Positions 29,331 through 38,508 are shown, counted from the stretch's first letter. The stretch: DNA of 64,000 nucleotides from an uncultured Candidatus Poseidoniales archaeon (GCA_964585295.1 CAZPCY010000002.1:102745-166744); one strand, 5' to 3'. Notes: generated by a model not told the origin, from the letters alone. Numbers and translations are program-made.

Positions 29331-29966
29331 ATGATGTCCATACGTGAATCGAAGATTGGACAACTGACAGAGTCGTTGGCTTCCGATTCCCCCACCCCCG
29401 GCGGAGGTTCGGCTGCAGCCATTGCCCTTTCACAGGCATTTGCATTGGCTGCTATGGTCTCGGGTCTAACCATCGGCAGGGAAAGATGGAAGGAAGGATG
29501 GAAGGCCGCAGAAGCCGTGCTTGAGATAGCTGGACCTGAAGCCAGAATTTGGGCGCTATCTGCAGCGGATCGGGATGCAGAGGCATTCGATCAGGTGATG
29601 GCTGCCTTCAGATTGCCTAAAGGTGACGAATCATCAATCAAGAGTAGATCGATGGCAATTCAGAGGGCTACGATTCTAGCTGCAGAGGTACCAATGGAGG
29701 TGTCCGATCGTGCAATTGCACTCCTCTCTGCTTTGCAACCCTTAGCTCAACTTGGCAACTCAAATGCCATCACGGATGTGGCGGTTTCGGCTCTTCTCGC
29801 CCACGGAGCAGCCGTAGGAGCCGGCTTGAACGTAGCAATCAACGCCTCATCTCTGCCGGACTCAATCGGTGCCCCGATGATGGATCGCGTCTCTAGAATC
29901 CGTCACAAGTCCGAGACAACGCTCGCAGATGTTCTGACCACTGTCGATGAGCGGATGAGGGAATGA
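29331..29966 (+). CDS. Formimidoyltetrahydrofolate cyclodeaminase (FtcD C-terminal-type domain protein)
   Basis: LASDSPTPGGGSAAAIALSQA signature of the cyclodeaminase domain. Confidence 0.75.
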   Translation: MMSIRESKIGQLTESLASDSPTPGGGSAAAIALSQAFALAAMVSGLTIGRERWKEGWKAAEAVLEIAGPEARIWALSAADRDAEAFDQVMAAFRLPKGDESSIKSRSMAIQRATILAAEVPMEVSDRAIALLSALQPLAQLGNSNAITDVAVSALLAHGAAVGAGLNVAINASSLPDSIGAPMMDRVSRIRHKSETTLADVLTTVDERMRE

Positions 29967-29967
29967 G

Positions 29968-31989
29968 ATGGCGGATCTATCCAGTCTCGCGTTGGGCATA
30001 CCTGACAATATTCCCGAACATCCTGGAATCACGCCTGACATCGATCATGCTCCGGATCTTCCCATCAAACTGCAACCCGAAGAGAGGGCTCTGGCCTTGA
30101 GGAATGCGCTTCGATACTTCCCTGAGGAATGGCATCCAGACCTCGTTACAGAATTTGTCGAGGAACTATCGAACAGGGGCAGAATCCGAATGATGCGCTT
30201 CAGACCAACCGATATAGAAATGCGTGCCCACTCAATCGATGACTACCCCGCCTCATCTAGACAAGCAGCTGCAATCATGATGATGATTCAGAATAATCTG
30301 GACCCTATGGTCGCCCAGTACCCTGAGGAACTGATAACGTACGGCGGCAATGGTTCCGTGTTCCAGAATTGGGCTCAGTATCGATTGACCATGGCTTATC
30401 TATCTAGAATGAGTGATGAGCAGACACTGGTCATCTATTCCGGACATCCATTGGGATTGTTCCCAAGCAGCCCGGGAGCACCTAGGCTCGTGGTGACCAA
30501 CGGTATGGTAATACCAAATCACTCATCCACTGAGGACTTCGACCGAATGCACGCAATGGGAGTGACGCAATACGGTCAGATGACGGCTGGATCCTACATG
30601 TACATTGGACCACAGGGGATCGTACACGGTACGACGATAACGCTGCTGAACGCCGCTAGGAGGTATCTTAGTAGAGCAGAGGGGAATCTACGGGGTATCA
30701 CCTATGTCACCAGTGGTTTGGGTGGAATGAGTGGGGCACAAGCCAAGGCCGCTGTGATAGCAGGAGCATCATCCATCATCGCCGAAGTAAATCCGATTGC
30801 AGCGAAAAAGAGACTACAACAAGGATGGTTAATGGAACTCACCTTCGATCTCGATGAAGCCATCAATCGGATGATTTGCGCAGCCGACGAGGGTCAACCT
30901 TTGAGCATCGGTTATGTCGGTAATGTCGTCGATCTATGGGAGCGCCTTGTAGAGAGGGATATCCGCGTAGACCTAGGTAGCGACCAAACTAGCCTGCACA
31001 ATCCTTCGGGTGGAGGATACATACCAGTTGGCTACGGATATGATGATGCGATGGAGATGCTAAGTCGTTCTAGATCCGAGTACATGGATGCTGTCTCTCA
31101 AAGCCTCAAGCGACAAGTCTCCGCAATAGATTCGATGTCGGACCGTGGGATGAAATTCTGGGATTATGGAAACGCATTCCTACTCGAAGCGGAGCGAGCC
31201 GGTTGTCATCTAGGAGATGGAGAGGGTGGATTCAGGTACCCATCCTATGTTGAGGACATAATGGGCCCGATGTGCTTCGATCTAGGATTCGGGCCGTTCC
31301 GCTGGGTCTGTTGTTCAGGAGCACAGGGGGATCTAGACTTGACCGACTCGTTAGCGGAGGAGGTGCTCAAGAACATGGTGTCTGAGGCGTCTACTGTCAC
31401 AGTTAGGCAAATCGAAGACAATCTCCACTGGATTAAGAACGCTGGCGATTATGATCTTGTGGTAGGGAGCCAAGCCAGAATCCTATACGCTGATTCTGAA
31501 GGCCGGAGACGAATCGCAAAATCATTCCATCAGGCTATCCGAGATGGAAGGTTGCAAGGCCCGGTTGTTCTAGGTAGGGATCATCACGATGTCAGTGGCA
31601 CCGACAGCCCTTACAGAGAGACTGCGAACATAAGAGATGGGTCCATGTTCACCGCTGACATGTCCGTCCACAATTTCGTCGGTGACGCAGTCAGGGGGGC
31701 AACATGGGTAAGCCTCCACAACGGAGGGGGTGTCGGCTGGGGCGAGGTAATCAACGGAGGGTTCGGACTACTTTTGGACGGTAGCGATGAGAGCATGGCG
31801 AGGGCGGAGTCGATGTTGGCATGGGATGTGGACAACGGCGTCGCAAGAAGGGCTTGGGCTAGGAACGAAGGCGCAATCGATACCATACGCAGAGCGATGC
31901 AATCTGACAATGGATTGGAGGTCACGATTCCCAATTCTGCAGACGACGGAATCATATCCATGGCTCTTGAGAGATGGATTGGAGAGTGA
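29968..31989 (+). CDS. hutU: Urocanate hydratase, long form (673 aa) with about 75 aa N-terminal extension
   Basis: NNLDP...YGGNGSVFQNW...YSGHPLGLFP...VTNGMVIPN urocanase core; ATG 1 nt after the upstream stop. Confidence 0.9.
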   Translation: MADLSSLALGIPDNIPEHPGITPDIDHAPDLPIKLQPEERALALRNALRYFPEEWHPDLVTEFVEELSNRGRIRMMRFRPTDIEMRAHSIDDYPASSRQAAAIMMMIQNNLDPMVAQYPEELITYGGNGSVFQNWAQYRLTMAYLSRMSDEQTLVIYSGHPLGLFPSSPGAPRLVVTNGMVIPNHSSTEDFDRMHAMGVTQYGQMTAGSYMYIGPQGIVHGTTITLLNAARRYLSRAEGNLRGITYVTSGLGGMSGAQAKAAVIAGASSIIAEVNPIAAKKRLQQGWLMELTFDLDEAINRMICAADEGQPLSIGYVGNVVDLWERLVERDIRVDLGSDQTSLHNPSGGGYIPVGYGYDDAMEMLSRSRSEYMDAVSQSLKRQVSAIDSMSDRGMKFWDYGNAFLLEAERAGCHLGDGEGGFRYPSYVEDIMGPMCFDLGFGPFRWVCCSGAQGDLDLTDSLAEEVLKNMVSEASTVTVRQIEDNLHWIKNAGDYDLVVGSQARILYADSEGRRRIAKSFHQAIRDGRLQGPVVLGRDHHDVSGTDSPYRETANIRDGSMFTADMSVHNFVGDAVRGATWVSLHNGGGVGWGEVINGGFGLLLDGSDESMARAESMLAWDVDNGVARRAWARNEGAIDTIRRAMQSDNGLEVTIPNSADDGIISMALERWIGE

Positions 31990-31990
31990 G

Positions 31991-33553
31991 GTGATCGGCT
32001 TGGATGTTATCGAAATCGATGGAGGGTCTCTCTCATTGGAGAATGCAATCTCGGCAGCGAGGGGAGACTTGGTGTTGTCCCTTTCCAATGGTGCACGTGA
32101 AAGGGTAGATGAAGCACGATTATTCATCGAATCAATCATCGATGATGGTGTGAGCACCTATGGAGTGAACACCGGTTTCGGTGACCTATGCAACACACCG
32201 ATAAGCGACGACTCCCTTGAAGATCTACAGGTCAATCTAGTCCGCAGTCACGCCTGTGGCCTTGGAGACCCAATGCATCCCGAGGATGTCATGCTCATGA
32301 TGGCGTTCAGAGCGAACTCCCTTGCATCCGGTCACTCCGGAATCAGAAGCGGGGTAATCGATACCCTACTTACTTGCATCTCGGAGGGAATCGCGCCTAG
32401 GGTGCCTAGAATTGGGTCATTGGGTGCTTCCGGGGATCTTGCCCCACTAGCCCATGTTGCCCTAGGACTGATTGGTGAGGGAGAGGCCTACATCAGAATG
32501 GATTCCGATAGAAGCCACGGCGAGTTCGATGGCTGGCGGAGAACGAAAATGGATGGAGCCATGGCACTATCGGGAATTCAACCAGTACGACTACTTGCTA
32601 AAGAGGGTCTTTCCCTCATTAACGGCACCAGTCAAATGTGCGCTTGGCTCTCCTTGAGCCTCATAGCAAGCGAGAATTTGACAATAGCGGCAGACGCTGC
32701 ACTCGCCACATCTATCGAGGCAGTCAAGGGAAGTGAGAAGCCTTTCCATCCTGGGATTCACGCGGCTAGGCCACATACAGGTCAGTCCGAATCGGCATCG
32801 AGAGTTAGGAATCACCTTGAGGGATCTCAGAACATCGCTTCTCACGCCGATTGCGAAAAGGTTCAGGATGCTTACGCATTCCGTTGTGGTGCACAGGTTC
32901 ATGGTCCAGTAATCGAACGCCTTTCTAACACCCGTAGAATCTTGGAGATCGAGATCAACAGCGCCACCGACAACCCTCTAGTCGTTGGTGAGGGGGAACA
33001 AAGGGAAGTGATCAGTGGTGGCAATTTCCATGGTGAGATTCTGGCGCTGGCAGCAGATGACATGGCGCTGTGCATGCATGAGATTGCATCGATATCTGAA
33101 CGGCGGATCGATGGAGTCCTCGATTCTTCCTCCAGTGGCCTTCCGCCATTCCTAGCTACGGAGCCAGGAGTCGAGAATGGTATGATGATTCTGCAATACT
33201 CCAGTGCAGCAGTGCTCGCCGAGATGCGGATTTACACCACTCCGGCGACTGCGAACAACATTCCAGTATCGGCCGGACAAGAGGACCACGTCTCGATGGG
33301 GGCAACAGCCGCATGGTCTGCACTGAACAACGCTAGACTATGTGCGAAGATCATTGCAGCAGAATTAATCGTAGGTTGCGCAGCAATCGATTTAATTCCA
33401 GAGAAACCCGGATTGGGTGTTGCGAAGGTCCACGCATGGATTCGAGACATGGTACCTCCAATGGAAGGTGATCGACCTCTTGGGGAGGAAATCGAACTTG
33501 TCGCTTCCGCACTCTTATCCGGTGCACTGAATGATGTCATTGGGCCGTCATAG
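31991..33553 (+). CDS. hutH: Histidine ammonia-lyase
   Basis: GSLGASGDLAPLAH MIO-forming Ala-Ser-Gly motif; GTG start 1 nt after the hutU stop, in frame with track ORF 31787..33553. Confidence 0.9.
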   Translation: MIGLDVIEIDGGSLSLENAISAARGDLVLSLSNGARERVDEARLFIESIIDDGVSTYGVNTGFGDLCNTPISDDSLEDLQVNLVRSHACGLGDPMHPEDVMLMMAFRANSLASGHSGIRSGVIDTLLTCISEGIAPRVPRIGSLGASGDLAPLAHVALGLIGEGEAYIRMDSDRSHGEFDGWRRTKMDGAMALSGIQPVRLLAKEGLSLINGTSQMCAWLSLSLIASENLTIAADAALATSIEAVKGSEKPFHPGIHAARPHTGQSESASRVRNHLEGSQNIASHADCEKVQDAYAFRCGAQVHGPVIERLSNTRRILEIEINSATDNPLVVGEGEQREVISGGNFHGEILALAADDMALCMHEIASISERRIDGVLDSSSSGLPPFLATEPGVENGMMILQYSSAAVLAEMRIYTTPATANNIPVSAGQEDHVSMGATAAWSALNNARLCAKIIAAELIVGCAAIDLIPEKPGLGVAKVHAWIRDMVPPMEGDRPLGEEIELVASALLSGALNDVIGPS

Positions 33554-34576
33554 GTGCCCGGCGGATTCCAACCGGTCCAATTCTCCTTCTACGGAATCCA
33601 AGGCTGTAAGTTGGAATGCCCTGAAGCGCAACTTTGCTACCTTGATGGAGAATCTCGGTCGTTCCAACCGATGGATTCTCTGAAGGCATTCGACCGCTCT
33701 TCGGACCTTATCTTCCACCTCGATATAAACTTCGGACCTGGCCTCACCTTCGAGTCCCAACGCCAATTCGACCATGGATACATCGAAGCCCTGTGCCGAC
33801 CACTGTTCCATCCTCTTCTCAAGTAGAGATTCATCGAGCGCAGCAGGAGGTATCCTACTGAGAATCTCTGGAGGCTCGCAATCGATTCTAGTCTTGTCGG
33901 CGAGATTTCCAGCGTTCACAGTTGATTCAAATTCCTCGATTGTTTCAGACGAGTTTGTACCGCTAATCTCGGATTCAGCTTCAGGTATGGTGTGTTTGAA
34001 CACGAGTGATTCCGAGGACAGAGACTCAGGATTCTGAACATCCTTCCCGCTGGAATCGGAATCAGAACTCGAAATGATCGCTCCCCTGAACCTAGATGCG
34101 CGATTCGTCGGACTTGCGGCAATCAACGGTGTTGCCTCTCTTCGAATCCTCGCATGTTCGGTGTCCTCCAGAGTAAGGGGGTCCATGGTGAGCACGATTG
34201 CCCATTGGGTCCCTCTCGTCGTATCGACTATGCGGCGCACGAACTTCAGGGCTGGTTCAAAACCGTGCAGATTTACCAAAATACCGAGCCCCTCTATCCA
34301 AATCACGCCTCGACCGTTCTGTATCTCACGTTCACACTCCGCATGGAGGTGCTCTAGAGATGGGTCAATCGAATCTGGGTAATCCCGCTCAGTCATCCAC
34401 AGATGCCTTTTCGATGTTGGAAATGCAGAATCTTGGAATCTCTTTGCGGGTCGCCTTGAGATGATCAGCAGTCGATCAGCAACATCCAGTTCGGACGCCA
34501 AAGATGCGAGCCGATGGTCGATGTCGTCTCCTGAGTGAGACCAGACTCTCCCTCGTTCGATAGCCACCGTTCCCAA
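33548..34576 (-). CDS. DUF835-like domain protein with serine/acidic linker and C-terminal helical domain
   Basis: N-terminal about 150 aa (HLWMTERDY...VIWIEGLGILVNLHGFEPALKFVRRI...WAIVLTMDP) resembles the archaeal DUF835 fold. Confidence 0.4.
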   Translation of the reverse strand: MGTVAIERGRVWSHSGDDIDHRLASLASELDVADRLLIISRRPAKRFQDSAFPTSKRHLWMTERDYPDSIDPSLEHLHAECEREIQNGRGVIWIEGLGILVNLHGFEPALKFVRRIVDTTRGTQWAIVLTMDPLTLEDTEHARIRREATPLIAASPTNRASRFRGAIISSSDSDSSGKDVQNPESLSSESLVFKHTIPEAESEISGTNSSETIEEFESTVNAGNLADKTRIDCEPPEILSRIPPAALDESLLEKRMEQWSAQGFDVSMVELALGLEGEARSEVYIEVEDKVRRAVECLQRIHRLERPRFSIKVAKLRFRAFQLTALDSVEGELDRLESAGHL

Positions 34577-34726
34577 CTCATCGCAAGATGCGGGTTCGGC
34601 CGCCCTTCAACCATTCCCCATCCATCCTATCGGGCGCTCTCTATGACCCCGTTGCTTGCATGAACGGTTATATCGCCGACCGCCATCCTAGGTTCGCGGT
34701 ACCAACTGGGCCGGGGTGGCGAATGC

Positions 34727-36619
34727 ATGGGAGAGTCCGAAGACGACATCGAAATGGCCACTTGTGGAGCTTGCCAAGCGGTAATCCCTCTCGACTCATC
34801 AGGATGCCCCGCGTGCGGCGTTTCATTCACTGGTGTAATGGAGGATGACCTCGGAGAATGCGGTGCCTGCGGTGCCTTGGTCAGTCTCGATTCCAGCGAA
34901 TGCCCCCAATGTGGTGTTCTCTTCGTACATGATGATGTCATCGCTGTATTGCGCGAGTGGATGCAGAACACCGGTTTCACGGTAGACCAGTTGTTCGGCA
35001 GATTCGATGAGGATGGCGATGGGAGCATAGACACGGATGAGTTGCGCAATGGCCTCGTGGCGATGAGGATCGCAGTCCTACCACCCGTCGAAGTAGATCG
35101 ATTAATCGCGATTATCGATGCAGACGGCAATGGCACCATTGAGATGGAGGAGTTGCACGCAGTTCTATCCGATGGCGATGCCGAAGACTCGGTGGGCGAA
35201 GCCGCCTCCGGAGATACTGAAGAGGATGCAGCCGAAACAGATGATGCTGAAGAGGAAGCGGATTCTGTAACCGACCTAGCCGCCATCGCAGCGATGGTCG
35301 AAGATGAGGAGGAATCCTCTGATGATGTTGAGGCGGATGAAGATGAATCATCCGATGAACCAGAGGGAACGACAGAAGCATCTGAGACAGAAGAGCCCGA
35401 GGATGTTCAAGATTCCACAGAAGAGGAAATTTCCGAGGAAGATGACGACTTGGATGAAGACATCGAGGCGGACGTACTTGAGGATGAACTAGAAGCTGAC
35501 AAAGAAGTAGAGCAGGTTGAAGAATCCGGAGACGATGAAGCAGATACGGAGGAAATCTCCGACGAAGATGGCTTAGAATCTGATGAAGACGCAGAATCGG
35601 ATGTTGACGATGAATCGAATGATGAAGAGGAATCAGCTGAAGACGAATCAACCGATGAAGATGAAGAATCCGACGAGATCGAATCGGAAGAAGATGAGAG
35701 CTCCGAGGAGGATGAAGAATCCGCTGCAGAGGACGATTCGAGAACTGCCTCAGAACCTCAACCTTGGCAAATATTCCTGATGAAGAACTACGAGAATTTC
35801 TTCCCGATAATGTATGTAATAGGATCCATCCTGCTTCTCGGAGCCGCCGCGAATGCAATGGTTGGCCCGGTGGATGGAACAGCCGGAGTCATAGCATACG
35901 ACGGTGATGCCACAACCACATACGACTTCAACTGGGATGATGAGGCAATCAAATCCATGGTGACGAGCGCCGGCTACGAATTGAGCGGCTCCGTCGAACC
36001 TGGTGAGAATTATCCCTGCGATCCGGAAATCCAATTGTCGAAGTGCAGAAATTCACTTACCCCGTTATCCGGGACATCCAGCTCTATGCCCCTCGGATGG
36101 TATTGGGATGGTGTTCTTGGAACCATTCTGGCGGTCGCGATGTTGGCAGTTACTGCGTTAGTTCAGAATCGCATCAAGTCGATGAGGGCCGAGGTTCGCA
36201 AGGATAGTAGTGATTCTACTGAGGACAATCAGGAAGATGATTCTGGGGAAGAGGATAGTGTCAATGATGATGACCCGGAATCCGCCGTAGACCAAGAGGA
36301 CGAAGTCGAACAGGTCGAATCCGAGGATGAAGAAGAGGATGAGGAACCGGAACTCGACGATTCGGAATCAGAAGATGAAGAGGAACTAGAGGACGAGGAT
36401 GATTCCGAAGAGGAGGAAGATGACGATGAAGAATCCGAGGATGATGAGGATGATGACGAAGTCGATATCGGAGACCGAGTCGGTGTCGTGATTGATGGTG
36501 AGGACATGTGGGGCGAAATTGTCGACTTCGATGGGGATGACAATGTCATCGTGCTCCTAGAGGAGAACGACGAGGAAGTCACCGTCGACTGGGACGATCT
36601 GTTCCTCGACGAGGATTGA
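34727..36619 (+). CDS. Membrane protein: two N-terminal Cys4 zinc ribbons plus EF-hand pair, polyacidic region, 2 TM flanking an extracellular loop, polyacidic C-tail ending in a small beta domain
   Basis: CGAC...CPAC, CGAC...CPQC; EF loops DEDGDGSIDTDE and DADGNGTIEMEE; hydrophobic segments IMYVIGSILLLGAAANAMVG and VLGTILAVAMLAVTALV; more than 250 residues of D/E-rich sequence. Confidence 0.65.
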   Translation: MGESEDDIEMATCGACQAVIPLDSSGCPACGVSFTGVMEDDLGECGACGALVSLDSSECPQCGVLFVHDDVIAVLREWMQNTGFTVDQLFGRFDEDGDGSIDTDELRNGLVAMRIAVLPPVEVDRLIAIIDADGNGTIEMEELHAVLSDGDAEDSVGEAASGDTEEDAAETDDAEEEADSVTDLAAIAAMVEDEEESSDDVEADEDESSDEPEGTTEASETEEPEDVQDSTEEEISEEDDDLDEDIEADVLEDELEADKEVEQVEESGDDEADTEEISDEDGLESDEDAESDVDDESNDEEESAEDESTDEDEESDEIESEEDESSEEDEESAAEDDSRTASEPQPWQIFLMKNYENFFPIMYVIGSILLLGAAANAMVGPVDGTAGVIAYDGDATTTYDFNWDDEAIKSMVTSAGYELSGSVEPGENYPCDPEIQLSKCRNSLTPLSGTSSSMPLGWYWDGVLGTILAVAMLAVTALVQNRIKSMRAEVRKDSSDSTEDNQEDDSGEEDSVNDDDPESAVDQEDEVEQVESEDEEEDEEPELDDSESEDEEELEDEDDSEEEEDDDEESEDDEDDDEVDIGDRVGVVIDGEDMWGEIVDFDGDDNVIVLLEENDEEVTVDWDDLFLDED

Positions 36620-36623
36620 CCCC

Positions 36624-36935
36624 ATGACCGGTGACCTGCTCTCTGCATTCGATGGACTAGAGGTATGCGCGGACTGTGGAACACTGCAGCAGATTCTGAC
36701 TTTGCGGTGTCCGGAGTGTGGAAGATTCCACTCATCCACCATGGTCCGAAAAGAAGCAACGGTCGAAGAAGCGAGGTCGGAGGCTAGGGGTCGAGACAGA
36801 CTTCCCATAGACCCCTCTCATTACTCATTGAATCCTACTTCACCTCTATTCGATGAGGAAGAGGACGAGCAAAGCTCGACTGTTTCAAGGCCTTGGCAGG
36901 GTGGAGTAACGGATTTCGCATTTGAGGAGGAGTGA
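36624..36935 (+). CDS. Small acidic Cys4 zinc-ribbon protein (103 aa)
   Basis: CADCG...CPECG; ATGA overlap with the downstream alaX-like gene. Confidence 0.45.
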   Translation: MTGDLLSAFDGLEVCADCGTLQQILTLRCPECGRFHSSTMVRKEATVEEARSEARGRDRLPIDPSHYSLNPTSPLFDEEEDEQSSTVSRPWQGGVTDFAFEEE

Positions 36936-37648
36936 GCATGGATGATTCCGCTCTCTTGGAATCACATCCAGGTACCAATCCATCGGAATTCACCGCCAAT
37001 GTGATAGAAGTTGATTCCCATTCCATACGGCTTGATAGAACAATGTTCCACGCTATAGGGGGGGGTCAACCAGCAGATCACGGCTCCCTCATCACGGAAG
37101 GTTGTGAAGTGGCGGTGCTGGACGTCACAGGAAGAGGCAGGATACAGCACATCATCGATGTACCGGATTTGAGCGTTGGAGACGCGGTCCTTGGTCGCAT
37201 AGACGTAGACCGGCGAAACACACTCTCAATGATGCATACAGCACAGCATCTAGTATCAGCTCACGCCGATCTTCTATGGTCTGCAGAGACTGTTGGCAAC
37301 CAGATAGGCACCGAGAAGACTCGAATCGATCTTAGATTCCCTGACCGCGATGCCTTCAATCGCGAGGCGTTACAGGAGGCGGTTAACGAATCGATCAAGG
37401 ATGGCATGCCTGTTACCATGGATTTCAGGGATAGATCGGAACTGATGGAGGATCCTCTTGTGCGCGTCAACATGGATAGAATGCCGCCATCAATCGACCG
37501 ATGGAGAGTTATTGAGATCGGAGATCTTGATAGGTGCCCATGTGCTGGAACACATGTCTCATCAACCGCCATGATTCCAGCGATTGAGATTACCAGAGTC
37601 AAGTCGAAGGGCGCAGGGAAATTGAGGATTGAGTACTCGACCAACTGA
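36932..37648 (+). CDS. alaX: AlaX-M-like alanyl-tRNA editing protein (AlaRS second additional domain)
   Basis: HTAQH (HxxxH) and CPCAGTH (CxxxH) zinc-binding motifs of the AlaRS/ThrRS editing domain family. Confidence 0.8.
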   Translation: MSMDDSALLESHPGTNPSEFTANVIEVDSHSIRLDRTMFHAIGGGQPADHGSLITEGCEVAVLDVTGRGRIQHIIDVPDLSVGDAVLGRIDVDRRNTLSMMHTAQHLVSAHADLLWSAETVGNQIGTEKTRIDLRFPDRDAFNREALQEAVNESIKDGMPVTMDFRDRSELMEDPLVRVNMDRMPPSIDRWRVIEIGDLDRCPCAGTHVSSTAMIPAIEITRVKSKGAGKLRIEYSTN

Positions 37649-37666
37649 ACGAGGGAAAAATCGAGG

Positions 37667-37739
37667 TGGGCTTGCCAGGAATTGAACCTGGGATCTTCGC
37701 CATGTCAAGGCGACGTCATCACCCCTAGACCACAAGCCC
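37667..37739 (-). tRNA. tRNA-Val (anticodon GAC), 73 nt, no encoded CCA
   Basis: Reverse complement GGGCTTGTGGTCTAGGGGTGATGACGTCGCCTTGACATGGCGAAGATCCCAGGTTCAATTCCTGGCAAGCCCA folds as a cloverleaf: 7-bp acceptor stem, anticodon stem TCGCC/GGCGA, loop TTGACAT, T-stem CCAGG/CCTGG, T-loop TTCAATT. Confidence 0.9.
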
Positions 37740-38508
37740 AGAGCGTCCTCGCCTGCGAGATTCTGTTCATGAAACATTCGCACCCGATTGGGGTATCAGA
37801 CGTGGCTGGATTGATTATCCTATGATCTTCGATAATCGACCATCGCATCCATCTTGTGAACAAGTCCCGAACACACGCTTCCTACCGTTACTCATGGTCG
37901 CGTGTTGAGGGTCGACCATAGTTCCATATGTCTTGCACTTCAGACAGAACCCCTGATAGTCAGCCATCGAAGACATTCCATCGGAGTTCGGCTTTCAACC
38001 CTGCGGAAATCAAGTTCTCTTGAGATGGGTACGAGGCGCTCTCTGAACTGGTCGGATGTGAGCCACTAAGCTATCATCATTAGAATTCACAGTGCCGCGC
38101 GGCTGCATTGGCTTGGAAATCGCTCATATCTGGGTTCTGAAGTACCAAAAGAGGCAAAATCGTTGGGTCTTCGGGCCGATAATGTCGGTTATCGGCACCC
38201 CATTCATCGATGAAAACAGACAATGACGAGATCAATGACATCACTAGAGCTCGTGATGAGTGGAAACTGTGTAATCTAGGCGTTCCAATAACGAATGTGT
38301 CGTTGAAGCATCTTGGTTGGGCCGTTAAAGAAGGGGGGGGCGGTGGCCAAAACTCCCAAATTATGAATTAATTGACTAGAGTGTTTTATTCCCACTTCAA
38401 ATCATAAGTCATTAATCTAATGAGTTTTCCATTGAATTAGAATAGATCCAATAAATTAGCCAATATGATGACATCCCTGAATTTTGGAAGGAGTTAGAAT
38501 CAATCCAA

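Noticed and set aside
29968-30220. Alternative later start for hutU at MRAHSIDD, which would remove the N-terminal extension
   Set aside because: The ATG at 29968 sits 1 nt after the upstream stop, typical of coupling in this window. The extension also has a conserved-looking block (ALALRNALRYFPEE). The upstream start is kept, but the later start is not excluded.
35112-35858. 248-aa minus-strand ORF inside the polyacidic region
   Set aside because: It is His/Arg/Leu-rich, a mirror image of the GAT/GAA repeats, and an antisense artefact.
38236-38262. GTGATGA (C-box-like) motif in the long intergenic region, considered as a C/D box sRNA
   Set aside because: No matching D box (CTGA) at an appropriate distance and no terminal stem were found.
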